Positions 1-14,400 of a DNA stretch of 64,000 bases are shown one piece after another (positions within the stretch are counted from its first letter, which is position 1; the number at the start of each line of letters is the position of its first letter). The position numbers were made by a program, and so were the translations under genes. The stretch covers positions 245,272,001-245,336,000 of the forward strand of contig OZ024741.1 of assembly GCA_964016885.1 (NCBI GenBank). Reading direction: 5' to 3'. This DNA comes from Eledone cirrhosa (Eukaryota). The notes beneath the pieces are model-generated. The model searched no databases and had not been told where the DNA came from. It was given only the letters and a program-made list of their open reading frames with translations.

Positions 1-3000
1 GATTTTTTTAATGGATTTTTAATGGATTTTTTTAATGGATTTTTTTAATGGGTTTTTTTAATGGATTTTTTTTTAATGGATTTTTTTTAATGGGTTTTTT
101 TTAATGGATTTTTTTTAATGGATTTTTTAAATGGATTTTTTTAATGGATTTTTTTTAATGGGTTTTTTTAAATGGATTTTTTTTAATGGATTTTTTAAAT
201 GAATTTTTTTAATGGATTTTTTTAATGGGTTTTTTAAATGGATTTTTTAATGGATTTTTAATGGATTTTTAATGGATTTTTAATGGATTTTTTAATGGAT
301 TTTTTTAAATGGATTTTTTTAATGGATTTTGAATGCATTTTTTTTAATGGATTTTTTTAATGGATTTTTTTTTTAATGGATTTTTTTTTAATGGATTTTT
401 TTTTAATGAATTTTTTTTAATGGGTTTTTTAAATGGATTTTTTAATGGATTTTTAATGGATTTTTAATGGGTTTTTAATGGATTTTTTAATGGATTTTTT
501 AAATGGATTTTTTTAATGGATTTTTAATGGATTTTTTTTAATGGATTTTTTTAATGGATTTTTTAATGGATTTTTTAATGGATTTTTTTTAATGGATTTT
601 TTTAATGGATTTTTTAAATGGATTTTTTTAATGGATTTTTTTAATGGTTTTTTTTTAATGGATTTTTTTTTAATGGATTTTTTAAATGGATTTTTTTAAT
701 GGATTTTTTTTAATGGGTTTTTTAAATGGATTTTTTAATGGATTTTTAATGGATTTTTAATGGATTTTTAATGGGTTTTTAATGGATTTTTTTAAATGGA
801 TTTTTTTAATGGATTTTTAATGGATTTTTTTAAATTGATTTTTTTTAATGGATTTTTTTTTTAATGGATTTTTTTTTAATGGATTTTTTTTTAATGGATT
901 TTTTTAATGGGTTTTTTAAATGGATTTTTTAATGGATTTTTAATGGATTTATAATGGGTTTTTTTAAATTGATTTTTTTAATGGGTTTTTTTAATGGCTT
1001 TTTTTAAATGGGTTTTTTTAATGGCTTTTTTAAATGGATTTTTTTAATGGATTTTTTAATGGATTTTTTTTAATGGGTTTTTTAAATGGATTTTTTAATG
1101 GATTTTTTTAAATGGATTTTTTTAATGGATTTTTAATGGATTTTTTTAAATTGATTTTTTTTAATGGATTTTTTTTAATGGATTTTTTTTTTAATGGATT
1201 TTTTTAATGCGTTTTTTTAATGGCTTTTTTAAATGGATTTTTTTAATGGTTTTTTTTTAATGGGTTTTTTAAATGGATTTTTTAATGGATTTTTAATTGA
1301 TTTTTAATGGATTTTTAATGGGTTTTTAATGGATTTTTGAAATGGATTTTTTAATGGATTTTTTTTAATGGGTTTTTTAAATGGATTTTTTTAATGGATT
1401 TTTAATGGATTTTTAATGGATTTTTAATGGGTTTTTAATGGATTTTTTAAATGGATTTTTTTAATGGATTTTTAATGGATTTTTTTAATGGATTTTTTTT
1501 AATGGTTTCTTTTAATGGATTTTTTTTTAATGGATTTTTTTTAATGGGTTTTTTTTTAATGGATTTTTTTTAATGGATTTTTTTAATGGATTTTTTTAAT
1601 GGATTTTTAATGGATTTTTTTTAATGGATTTTTTTAATGGATTTTTTAATGGATTTTTTTATGGATTTTTTTTAATGGATTTTTTTTAATGGATTTTTTA
1701 AATGGATTTTTTTAATGGATTTTTTTAATGGGTTTTTTTAATGGATTTCTTTTTAATGGATTTTTTAAATGGATTTTTTTAATGGATTTTTTTAATGGGT
1801 TTTTTAAATGGATTTTTTAATGTATTTTTAATGGATTTTTAATGGATTTTTAATGGGTTTTTAATGGATTTTTTTTAATGGATTTTTTTAATGGATTTTT
1901 AATGGATTTTTTTAATGGATTTTTTTTAATGGGTTTTTTTTAATGGATTTTTTTTTAATGGATTTTTTTAATGGGTTTTTTAAATGGATTTTTTACTGGA
2001 TTTTTAATGGATTTTTAATGGGTTTTTAATGGATTTTTTTAAATTGATTTTTTTAATGGGTTTTTTTTAATGGCTTTTTTTTAATGGGTTTATTTAATGG
2101 CTTTTTTAAATGGATTTTTTAAATGGATTTTTTTAATGGATTTTTTTTAATGGGTTTTTTAAATGGATTTTTTAATGGATTTTTTTAAATTGATTTTTTT
2201 TAATGGATTTTTTTTAATGGATTTTTTTTTTAATGGATTTTTTAATGGGTTTTTTTAATGGCTTTTTTAAATGGATTTTTTTAATGGATTTTTTTAATGG
2301 ATTTTTTTTAATGGGTTTTTTAAATGGATTTTTTAATGGATTTTTAATAAATTTTTAATGGATTTTTAATGGGTTTTTAATGGATTTTTTAAATGGATTT
2401 TTTTAATGGATTTTTTTAATGGATTTTTTTAATGGATTTTTTTTAATGGGTTTTTTAAATGGATTTTTTAATGGATTTTTAATAGATTTTTAATGGATTT
2501 TTAATGGATTTTTAATGGATTTTTAATGGATTTTTAATGGTTTTTAATGGATTTTTTAAATGGATTTTTTTAATGGATTTTTTATGGATTTTTTAAATTG
2601 ATTTTTTTTAATGGATTTTTTTTAATGGATTTTTTTTAATGGATTTTTTTTTTTAATGGATTTTTTTTTAATGGGTTTTTTTAATGGCTTTTTTAAATGG
2701 ATTTTTTTAATGGATTTCTTTAATGGATTTTTTTAATGGATTTTTTTTAATGGGTTTTTTTAATGGCTTTTTTAAATGGATTTTTTTAATGGATTTTTTT
2801 TAATGGGTTTTTTTTTAATGGATTTTTTTTAATGGATTTTTTAAATGGATTTTTTTAATGAATTTTTTTTAATGGGTTTTTTTAAATGGATTTTTTTTAA
2901 TGGATTTTTTAAATGAATTTTTTTAATGGATTTTTTTAATGGGTTTTTTTAAATGGATTTTTTAATGGATTTTTAATGGATTTTTAATGGGTTTTTAATG

Positions 3001-6000
3001 GATTTTTTAATGGATTTTTTTAAATGGATTTTTTTAATGGATTTTTAATGGATTTTTTTTAATGGATTTTTTTAATGGATTTTTTAATGGATTTTTTAAT
3101 GGATTTTTTTTAATGGATTTTTTTAATGGATTTTTTAAATGGATTTTTTAATGGATTTTTTTAATGGTTTTTTTTTAATGGATTTTTTTTTAATGGATTT
3201 TTTTAATGGATTTTTTTAATGGATTTTTTTTAATGGGTTTTTTAAATGGATTTTTTAATGGATTTTTAATGGATTTTTAATGGATTTTTAATGGGTTTTT
3301 AATGGATTTTTTTAAATGGATTTTTTTAATGGATTTTTAATGGATTTTTTTAAATTGATTTTTTTTAATGGATTTTTTTTTTAATGAATTTTTTTTTAAT
3401 GGATTTTTTTTTAATGGATTTTTTTAATGGGTTTTTTAAATGGATTTTTTAATGGATTTTTAATGGATTTTTAATGGGTTTTTTTAAATTGATTTTTTTA
3501 ATGGGTTTTTTTTAATGGCTTTTTTTAATGGCTTTTTTTAATGGCTTTTTTAAATGGATTTTTTTAATGGATTTTTTAATGGATTTTTTTTAATGGGTTT
3601 TTTAAATGGATTTTTTAATGGATTTTTTTTTAATGGATTTTTTTAATGGATTTTTAATTGATTTTTTTAAATTGATTTTTTTTAATGGATTTTTTTTAAT
3701 GGATTTTTTTTTTAATGGATTTTTTTAATGGGTTTTTTTAATGGCTTTTTTAAATGAATTTTTTTAATGGTTTTTTTTTAATGGGTTTTTTAAATGGATT
3801 TTTTAATGGATTTTTAATTGATTTTTAATGGATTTTTAATGGGTTTTTAATGGATTTTTGAAATGGATTTTTTAATGGATTTTTTTAATGGGTTTTTTAA
3901 ATGGATTTTTTTAATGGATTTTTAATGGATTTTTAATGGGTTTTTAATGGATTTTTTAAATGGATTTTTTTAATGGATTTTTAATGGATTTTTTAAATTG
4001 ATTTTTTTTAATGGGTTTTTTTAAATGGATTTTTTTTAATGGATTTTTTAAATGGATTTTTTAATGGCTTTTTTTAATGGGTTTTTTAAATGGATTTTTT
4101 AATGGATTTTTAATGGATTTTTAATGCATTTTTAATGGATTTTTAATGGATTTTTTAATGACTTTTTTTAAATGGATTTTTAATGGATTTTTTCTATGGA
4201 TTTTTTTTAATGGATTTTTTTTAATGGATTTTTTTTTTTAATGGATTTTTTTTTAATGGGTTTTTTTAATGGCTTTTTTAAATGGATTTTATTAATGGAT
4301 TTTTTTAATGGATTTTTTTAATGGATTTTTTTAATGGTTTTTTTAAATGGATTTTTTAATGGATTTTTAATGGATTTTTAATGGATTTTTAATGGGTTTT
4401 TAATGGATTTTTTAAATGGATTTTTTTAATGGATTTTTAATGGATTTTTTTAATGGATTTTTTTTAATGGTTTCTTTTAATGGATTTTTTTTTAATGGAT
4501 TTTTTTTAATGGGTTTTTTTTTTAATGGATTTTTTTTAATGGATTTTTTTAATGGATTTTTTAATGGATTTTTAATGGATTTTTTTTAATGGATTTTTTT
4601 TAATGGATTTTTTAAATGGATTTTTTTAATTGATTTTTTTAATGGTTTTTTTTTAATGGTTTTTTTTTAATGGATTTTTAAATGGATTTTTTTAATGGAT
4701 TTTTTTAATGGGTTTTTTAAATGGATTTTTTAATGGATTTTTAATGGATTTTTAATGGATTTTTAATGGGTTTTTAATGGATTTTTTTAAATGGATTTTT
4801 TTAATGGATTTTTAATGGATTTTTTTAAATTGATTTTTTTAATGGATTTTTTTTTTAATGGATTTTTTTTAATGGATTTTTGTTTTAATGGATTTTTTTT
4901 AATGGGTTTTTTAAATGGATTTTTTAATGGATTTTTAATGGATTTTTAATGGGTTTTTAATGGATTTTTTTAAATGGATTTTTTTAATGGATTTTTAATG
5001 GATTTTTTTAAATTGATTTTTTTAATGGGTTTTTTTAATGGCTTTTTTTTAATGGGTTTTTTTAATGGCTTTTTTAAATGGATTTTTTAAATGGATTTTT
5101 TTAATGGATTTTTTTTAATGGGTTTTTTAAATGGATTTTTTAATGGATTTTTTTAAATGTTTTTTTTAATGGATTTTTAATGGATTTTTTTAAATTGATT
5201 TTTTTAATGGATTTTTTTTAATGGATTTTTTTTTAATGGATTTTTTTAATGGGTTTTTTTAATGGCTTTTTTAAATGGATTTTTTTAATGGATTTTTTTA
5301 TTGGATTTTTTTAATGGGTTTTTTAATGGATTTTTAATGGATTTTTTTAAATTGATTTTTTTTAATGGATTTTTTTTTTAATGGATTTTTTTTTAATGGA
5401 TTTTTTTTTAATGGATTTTTTTTAATGGGTTTTTTAAATGGATTTTTTAATGGATTTTTAATGGATTTTTAATGGGTTTTTAATGGATTTTTTTAAATGG
5501 ATTTTTTTAATGGATTTTTAATGGATTTTTTTAAATTGATTTTTTTAATGGGTTTTTTTTAATGGCTTTTTTTAATGGGTTTTTTTAATGGATTTTTTTA
5601 ATGGATTTTTTTAATGGATTTTTTTTAATGGGTTTTTTAAATGGATTTTTTAATGGATTTTTTTAAATGGATTTTTTTAATGGATTTTTAATGGATTTTT
5701 TTAAATTGATTTTTTTTAATGGATTTTTTTTTTAATGGATTTTTTTTTAATGGATTTTTTTTAATGGATTTTTTTAATGGGTTTTTTAAATGGATTTTTT
5801 AATGGATTTTTAATGGATTTATAATGGGTTTTTTTAAATTGATTTTTTTAATGGGTTTTTTTAATGGCTTTTTTTAAATGGGTTTTTTTAATGGCTTTTT
5901 TAAATGGATTTTTTTAATGGATTTTTTAATGGATTTTTTTTAATGGGTTTTTTAAATGGATTTTTTAATGGATTTTTTTAAATGGATTTTTTTAATGGAT

Positions 6001-8260
6001 TTTTAATGGATTTTTTTAAATTGATTTTTTTTAATTGATTTTTTTTAATGGATTTTTTTCTTAATGGATTTTTTTAATGGGTTTTTTTAATGGCTTTTTT
6101 AAATGGATTTTTTTAATGGTTTTTTTTTAATGGGTTTTTTAAATGGATTTTTTAATGGATTTTTAATTGATTTTTAATGGATTTTTAATGGGTTTTTAAT
6201 GGATTTTTGAAATGGATTTTTTAATGGATTTTTTTTAATGGGTTTTTTAAATGGATTTTTTTAATGGATTTTTAATGGATTTTTAATGGATTTTTAATGG
6301 GTTTTTAATGGATTTTTTAAATGGATTTTTTTAATGGATTTTTAATGGATTTTTTTAATGGATTTTTTTTAATGGTTTCTTTTAATGGATTTTTTTTTAA
6401 TGGATTTTTTTAATGGGTTTTTTTTTAATGGATTTTTTTTAATGGATTTTTTTAATGGATTTTTTTAATGGATTTTTAATGGATTTTTTTTAATGGATTT
6501 TTTTAATGGATTTTTTAATGGATTTTTTTATGGATTTTTTTTAATGGATTTTTTTTAATGGATTTTTTAAATGGATTTTTTTAATGGATTTTTTTAATGG
6601 GTTTTTTTAATGGATTTCTTTTTAATGGATTTTTTAAATGGATTTTTTTAATGGATTTTTTTAATGGGTTTTTTAAATGGATTTTTTAATGTATTTTTAA
6701 TGGATTTTTAATGGATTTTTAATGGGTTTTTAATGGATTTTTTTTAATGGATTTTTTTAATGGATTTTTTTAATGGATTTTTTTTAATGGGTTTTTTTAA
6801 TGGCTTTTTTAAATGGATTTTTTTAATGGATTTTTTTTAATGGGTTTTTTTTTAATGGATTTTTTTTAATGGATTTTTTAAATGGATTTTTTTAATGAAT
6901 TTTTTTTAATGGGTTTTTTTAAATGGATTTTTTTTAATGGATTTTTTAAATGAATTTTTTTAATGGATTTTTTTAATGGGTTTTTTAAATGGATTTTTTA
7001 ATGGATTTTTAATGGATTTTTAATGGGTTTTTAATGGATTTTTTAATGGATTTTTTTAAATGGATTTTTTTAATGGATTTTTAATGGATTTTTTTTAATG
7101 GATTTTTTTAATGGATTTTTTAATGGATTTTTTAATGGATTTTTTTTAATGGATTTTTTTAATGGATTTTTTAAATGGATTTTTTAATGGATTTTTTTAA
7201 TGGGTTTTTTTTAATGGATTTTTTTTTAATGGATTTTTTAAATGGATTTTTTTAATGGATTTTTTTTAATGGGTTTTTTAAATGGATTTTTTAATGGATT
7301 TTTAATGGATTTTTAATGGATTTTTAATGGGTTTTTAATGGATTTTTTTAAATGGATTTTTTTAATGGATTTTTAATGGATTTTTTTAAATTGATTTTTT
7401 TTAATGGATTTTTTTTTTAATGGATTTTTTTTTAATGGATTTTTTTTTAATGGATTTTTTTAATGGGTTTTTTAAATGGATTTTTTAATGGATTTTTAAT
7501 GGATTTTTAATGGGTTTTTTTAAATTGATTTTTTTAATGGGTTTTTTTTAATGGCTTTTTTTTAATGGGTTTTTTTAATGGCTTTTTTAAATGGATTTTT
7601 TTAATGGATTTTTTAATGGATTTTTTTTAATGGGTTTTTTAAATGGATTTTTTAATGGATTTTTTTAAATGGATTTTTTTAATGGATTTTTAATGGATTT
7701 TTTTAAATTGATTTTTTTTAATGGATTTTTTTTAATGGATTTTTTTTTTAATGGATTTTTTTAATGGGTTTTTTTAATGGCTTTTTTAAATGGATTTTTT
7801 TAATGGTTTTTTTTTAATGGGTTTTTTAAATGGATTTTTTAATGGATTTTTAATTGATTTTTAATGGATTTTTAATGGGTTTTTAATGGATTTTTTTAAA
7901 TGGATTTTTTTAATGGATTTTTAATGGATTTTTTTAAATTGATTTTTTTAATGGATTTTTTTTTTAATGGATTTTTTTTAATGGATTTTTGTTTTAATGG
8001 ATTTTTTTTAATGGGTTTTTTAAATGGATTTTTTAATGGATTTTTAATGGATTTTTAATGGGTTTTTAATGGATTTTTTTTAATGGATTTTTTTAATGGA
8101 TTTTTAATGGCTTTTTTTAAATTGATTTTTTTAATGGGTTTTTTTAATGGCTTTTTTTTAATGGGTTTTTTTAATGGCTTTTTTAAATGGATTTTTTTAA
8201 TGGATTTTTTTAATGGATTTTTTTAATGGGTTTTTTAAATGGATTTTTTAATGGATTTTT
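1..8260 (+). repeat. Copy 1 of a >=8.3 kb near-identical block repeated at +17,700 bp
   Basis: Lines 1, 301, 1201 and 7561 match lines 17701, 18001, 18901 and 25261, including rare variants GAATGCAT (331/18031), AATGCG (1206/18906) and TTTTTTTCTTAA (6060/23760). The match ends at ~8260/25960. Confidence 0.93.
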
Positions 8261-11200
8261 AATGGATTTTTAATGGATTTTTAATGGGTTTTTAATGGAT
8301 TTTTTTAAATAGATTTTTTTAATGGATTTTTAATGGATTTTTTTAATGGATTTTTTTAATGGGTTTTTTAATGGATTTTTTTTTAATGGATTTTTTTTAA
8401 TGGGTTTTTTTTTAATGGATTTTTTTTAATGGATTTTTTAAATGGATTTTTTTAATGGATTTTTTTTAATGGGTTTTTTTAAATGGATTTTTTTTAATGG
8501 ATTTTTTAAATGAATTTTTTTAATGGATTTTTTTAATGGGTTTTTTAAATGGATTTTTTAATGGATTTTTAATGGATTTTTAATGGATTTTTAATGGATT
8601 TTTTAATGGATTTTTTTAAATGGATTTTTTTAATGGATTTTTAATGCATTTTTTTTAATGGATTTTTTTAATGGATTTTTTTTTTAATGGATTTTTTTTT
8701 AATGGATTTTTTTTTAATGAATTTTTTTTAATGGGTTTTTTAAATGGATTTTTTAATGGATTTTTAATGGATTTTTAATGGGTTTTTAATGGATTTTTTA
8801 ATGGATTTTTTTAAATGGATTTTTTTAATGGATTTTTAATGGATTTTTTTTAATGGATTTTTTTAATGGATTTTTTAATGGATTTTTTAATGGATTTTTT
8901 TAAATGGATTTTTTTAATGGATTTTTTAAATGGATTTTTTTAATGGATTTTTTTAATGGTTTTTTTTTAATGGATTTTTTTTTAATGGATTTTTTAAATG
9001 GATTTTTGTAATGGATTTTTTTTAATGGGTTTTTTAAATGGATTTTTTAATGGATTTTTAATGGATTTTTAATGGATTTTTAATGGATTTTTAATGGATT
9101 TTTAATGGGTTTTTAATGGATTTTTTTAAATGGATTTTTTTAATGGATTTTTAATGGATTTTTTTAATGGATTTTTTTAATGGGTTTTTTTAATGGATTT
9201 TTTTTTAATGGATTTTTTTTAATGGGTTTTTTTTAATGGATTTTTTTTAATGGATTTTTTAAATGGATTTTTTTAATGGATTTTTTTTAATGGATTTTTT
9301 TTAATGGATTTTTTAAATGAATTTTTTTAATGGATTTTTTTAATGGGTTTTTTAAATGGATTTTTTAATGGATTTTCAATGGATTTTTAATGGATTTTTA
9401 ATGGATTTTTTAATGGATTTTTTTAAATGGATTTTTTTAATGGATTTTTAATGCATTTTTTTTAATGGATTTTTTTAATGGATTTTTTTTTTAATGGATT
9501 TTTTTTTAATGGATTTTTTTTTAATGAATTTTTTTTAATGGGTTTTTTAAATGGATTTTTTAATGGATTTTTAATGGATTTTTAATGGGTTTTTAATGGA
9601 TTTTTTAATGGATTTTTTTAAATGGATTTTTTTAATGGATTTTTAATGGATTTTTTTTAATGGATTTTTTTAATGGATTTTTTAATGGATTTTTTAATGG
9701 ATTTTTTTTAATGGATTTTTTTAATGGATTTTTTAAATGGATTTTTTTAATGGATTTTTTTAATGGTTTTTTTTTAATGGATTTTTTTTTAATGGATTTT
9801 TTAAATGGATTTTTTTAATGGATTTTTTTTAATGGGTTTTTTAAATGGATTTTTTAATGGATTTTTAATGGATTTTTAATGGATTTTTAATGGGTTTTTA
9901 ATGGATTTTTTTAAATGGATTTTTTTAATGGATTTTTAATGGATTTTTTTAAATTGATTTTTTTTAATGGATTTTTTTTTTAATGGATTTTTTTTTAATG
10001 GATTTTTTTTTAATGGATTTTTTTAATGGGTTTTTTAAATGGATTTTTTAATGGATTTTTAATGGATTTATAATGGGTTTTTTTAAATTGATTTTTTTAA
10101 TGGGTTTTTTTAATGGCTTTTTTTAAATGGGTTTTTTTAATGGCTTTTTTAAATGGATTTTTTTAATGGATTTTTTAATGGATTTTTTTTAATGGGTTTT
10201 TTAAATGGATTTTTTAATGGATTTTTTTAAATGGATTTTTTTAATGGATTTTTAATGGATTTTTTTAAATTGATTTTTTTTAATGGATTTTTTTTAATGG
10301 ATTTTTTTTTTAATGGATTTTTTTAATGGGTTTTTTTAATGGCTTTTTTAAATGGATTTTTTTAATGGTTTTTTTTTAATGGGTTTTTTAAATGGATTTT
10401 TTAATGGATTTTTAATTGATTTTTAATGGATTTTTAATGGGTTTTTAATGGATTTTTGAAATGGATTTTTTAATGGATTTTTTTTAATGGGTTTTTTAAA
10501 TGGATTTTTTTAATGGATTTTTAATGGATTTTTAATGGATTTTTAATGGGTTTTTAATGGATTTTTTAAATGGATTTTTTTAATGGATTTTTAATGGATT
10601 TTTTTAATGGATTTTTTTTAATGGTTTCTTTTAATGGATTTTTTTTTAATGGATTTTTTTTAATGGGTTTTTTTTTAATGGATTTTTTTTAATGGATTTT
10701 TTTAATGGATTTTTTTAATGGATTTTTAATGGATTTTTTTTAATGGATTTTTTTAATGGATTTTTTAATGGATTTTTTTATGGATTTTTTTTAATGGATT
10801 TTTTTTAATGGATTTTTTAAATGGATTTTTTTAATGGGTTTTTTTAATGGATTTCTTTTTAATGGATTTTTTAAATGGATTTTTTTAATGGATTTTTTTA
10901 ATGGGTTTTTTAAATGGATTTTTTAATGTATTTTTAATGGATTTTTAATGGATTTTTAATGGGTTTTTAATGGATTTTTTTTAATGGATTTTTTTAATGG
11001 ATTTTTAATGGATTTTTTTAATGGATTTTTTTTAATGGGTTTTTTTTAATGGATTTTTTTTTAATGGATTTTTTTAATGGGTTTTTTAAATGGATTTTTT
11101 ACTGGATTTTTAATGGATTTTTAATGGGTTTTTAATGGATTTTTTTTAAATTGATTTTTTTAATGGCTTTTTTTTAATGGCTTTTTTTTAATGGGTTTAT

Positions 11201-14200
11201 TTAATGGCTTTTTTAAATGGATTTTTTAAATGGATTTTTTTAATGGATTTTTTTTAATGGGTTTTTTAAATGGATTTTTTAATGGATTTTTTTAAATTGA
11301 TTTTTTTTAATGGATTTTTTTTAATGGATTTTTTTTTTAATGGATTTTTTTAATGGGTTTTTTTAATGGCTTTTTTAAATGGATTTTTTTAATGGATTTT
11401 TTTAATGGATTTTTTTTAATGGGTTTTTTAAATGGATTTTTTAATGGATTTTTAATAGATTTTTAATGGATTTTTAATGGGTTTTTAATGGATTTTTTTA
11501 AATAGATTTTTTTAATGGATTTTTAATGGATTTTTTTAATGGATTTTTTTAATGGGTTTTTTTAATGGATTTTTTTTTAATGGATTTTTTTTAATGGGTT
11601 TTTTTTTAATGGATTTTTTTAAATGGATTTTTTTAATGGATTTTTAATGCATTTTTTTTAATGAATTTTTTTTAATGGGTTTTTTAAATGGATTTTTTAA
11701 TGGATTTTTAATGGATTTTTAATGGGTTTTTAATGGATTTTTTAATGGATTTTTTTAAATGGATTTTTTTAATGGATTTTTAATGGATTTTTTTTAATGG
11801 ATTTTTTTAATGGATTTTTTAATGGATTTTTTAATGGATTTTTTTAAATGGATTTTTTTAATGGATTTTTTAAATGGATTTTTTTTATGGATTTTTTTAA
11901 TGGTTTTTTTTTAATGGATTTTTTTTTAATGGATTTTTTAAATGGATTTTTGTAATGGATTTTTTTTAATGGGTTTTTTAAATGGATTTTTTAATGGATT
12001 TTTAATGGATTTTTAATGGATTTTTAATGGATTTTTAATGGATTTTTAATGGGTTTTTAATGGATTTTTTTAAATGGATTTTTTTAATGGATTTTTAATG
12101 GATTTTTTTTTAATGGATTTTTTTTAATGGGTTTTTTTTAATGGATTTTTTTTAATGGATTTTTTAAATGGATTTTTTTAATGGATTTTTTTTAATGGAT
12201 TTTTTTTAATGGATTTTTTAAATGAATTTTTTTAATGGATTTTTTTAATGGGTTTTTTAAATGGATTTTTTAATGGATTTTTAATGGATTTTTAATGGAT
12301 TTTTAATGGATTTTTTAATGGATTTTTTTAAATGGATTTTTTTAATGGATTTTTAATGCATTTTTTTTAATGGATTTTTTTATTGGATTTTTTTTTTAAT
12401 GGATTTTTTTTTAATGGATTTTTTTTAATGAATTTTTTTTAATGGGTTTTTTAAATGGATTTTTTAATGGATTTTTAATGGATTTTTAATGGGTTTTTAA
12501 TGGATTTTTTAATGGATTTTTTTAAATGGATTTTTTTAATGGATTTTTAATGGATTTTTTTTAATGGATTTTTTTAATGGATTTTTTAATGGATTTTTTA
12601 ATGGATTTTTTTTAATGGATTTTTTTAATGGATTTTTTAAATGGATTTTTTTAATGGATTTTTTTAATGGTTTTTTTTAATGGATTTTTTTTTAATGGAT
12701 TTTTTAAATGGATTTTTTTAATGGATTTTTTTTAATGGGTTTTTTAAATGGATTTTTTAATGGATTTTTAATGGATTTTTAATGGATTTTTAATGGGTTT
12801 TTAATGGATTTTTTTAAATGGATTTTTTTAATGGATTTTTAATGGATTTTTTTAAATTGATTTTTTTTAATGGATTTTTTTTTTAATGGATTTTTTTTTA
12901 ATGGATTTTTTTTTAATGGATTTTTTTAATGGGTTTTTTAAATGGATTTTTTAATGGATTTTTAATGGATTTATAATGGGTTTTTTTAAATTGATTTTTT
13001 TAATGGGTTTTTTTAATGGCTTTTTTTAAATGGGTTTTTTTAATGGCTTTTTTAAATGGATTTTTTTAATGGATTTTTTAATGGATTTTTTTTAATGTGT
13101 TTTTTAAATGGATTTTTTAATGGATTTTTTTAAATGGATTTTTTTAATGGATTTTTAATGGATTTTTTTAAATTGATTTTTTTTAATGGATTTTTTTTAA
13201 TGGATTTTTTTTTTAATGGATTTTTTTAATGGGTTTTTTTAATGGCTTTTTTAAATGGATTTTTTTAATGGTTTTTTTTTAATGGGTTTTTTAAATGGAT
13301 TTTTTAATGGATTTTTAATTGATTTTTAATGGATTTTTAATGGGTTTTTAATGGATTTTTGAAATGGATTTTTTAATGGATTTTTTTTAATGGGTTTTTT
13401 AAATGGATTTTTTTAATGGATTTTTAATGGATTTTTAATGGATTTTTAATGGGTTTTTAATGGATTTTTTAAATGGATTTTTTTAATGGATTTTTAATGG
13501 ATTTTTTTAATGGATTTTTTTTAATGGTTTCTTTTAATGGATTTTTTTTTAATGGATCTTTTTTAATGGGTTTTTTTTTAATGGATTTTTTTTAATGGAT
13601 TTTTTTAATGGATTTTTTTAATGGATTTTTAATGGATTTTTTTTAATGGATTTTTTTAATGGATTTTTTAATGGATTTTTTTATGGATTTTTTTTAATGG
13701 ATTTTTTTTAATGGATTTTTTAAATGGATTTTTTTAATGGATTTTTTTAATGGGTTTTTTTAATGGATTTCTTTTTAATGGATTTTTTAAATGGATTTTT
13801 TTAATGGATTTTTTTAATGGGTTTTTTAAATGGATTTTTTAATGTATTTTTAATGGATTTTTAATGGATTTTTAATGGGTTTTTAATGGATTTTTTTTAA
13901 TGGATTTTTTTAATGGATTTTTAATGGATTTTTTTAATGGATTTTTTTTAATGGGTTTTTTTTAATGGATTTTTTTTTAATGGATTTTTTTAATGGGTTT
14001 TTTAAATGGATTTTTTACTGGATTTTTAATGGATTTTTAATGGGTTTTTAATGGATTTTTTTTAAATTGATTTTTTTAATGGGTTTTTTTTAATGGCTTT
14101 TTTTTAATGGGTTTATTTAATGGCTTTTTTAAATGGATTTTTTAAATGGATTTTTTTAATGGATTTTTTTTAATGGGTTTTTTAAATGGATTTTTTAATG

Positions 14201-14400
14201 GATTTTTTTAATTTGATTTTTTTTAATGGATTTTTTTTAATGGATTTTTTTTTTAATGGATTTTTTTAATGGGTTTTTTTAATGGCTTTTTTAAATGGAT
14301 TTTTTTAATGGATTTTTTTAATGGATTTTTTTTAATGGGTTTTTTAAATGGATTTTTTAATGGATTTTTAATAGATTTTTAATGGATTTTTAATGGGTTT
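8260..14400 (+). repeat. Tandem duplication of a ~3.2 kb unit; second copy shortened to ~2.9 kb by internal deletions
   Basis: Paired markers: AAATAGAT 8311/11504 (+3193), ATGCAT 8644/11647 (+3003), TTGTAATGG 9008/11952 (+2944), ATGCAT 9451/12356 (+2905), TGAAATGG 10458/13361 (+2903), ACTGG 11102/14018 (+2916). Confidence 0.85.

Noticed and set aside
13555-13558. Single GATC site
   Set aside because: It is an isolated T>C substitution (or base error), useful only as a unique mapping anchor.
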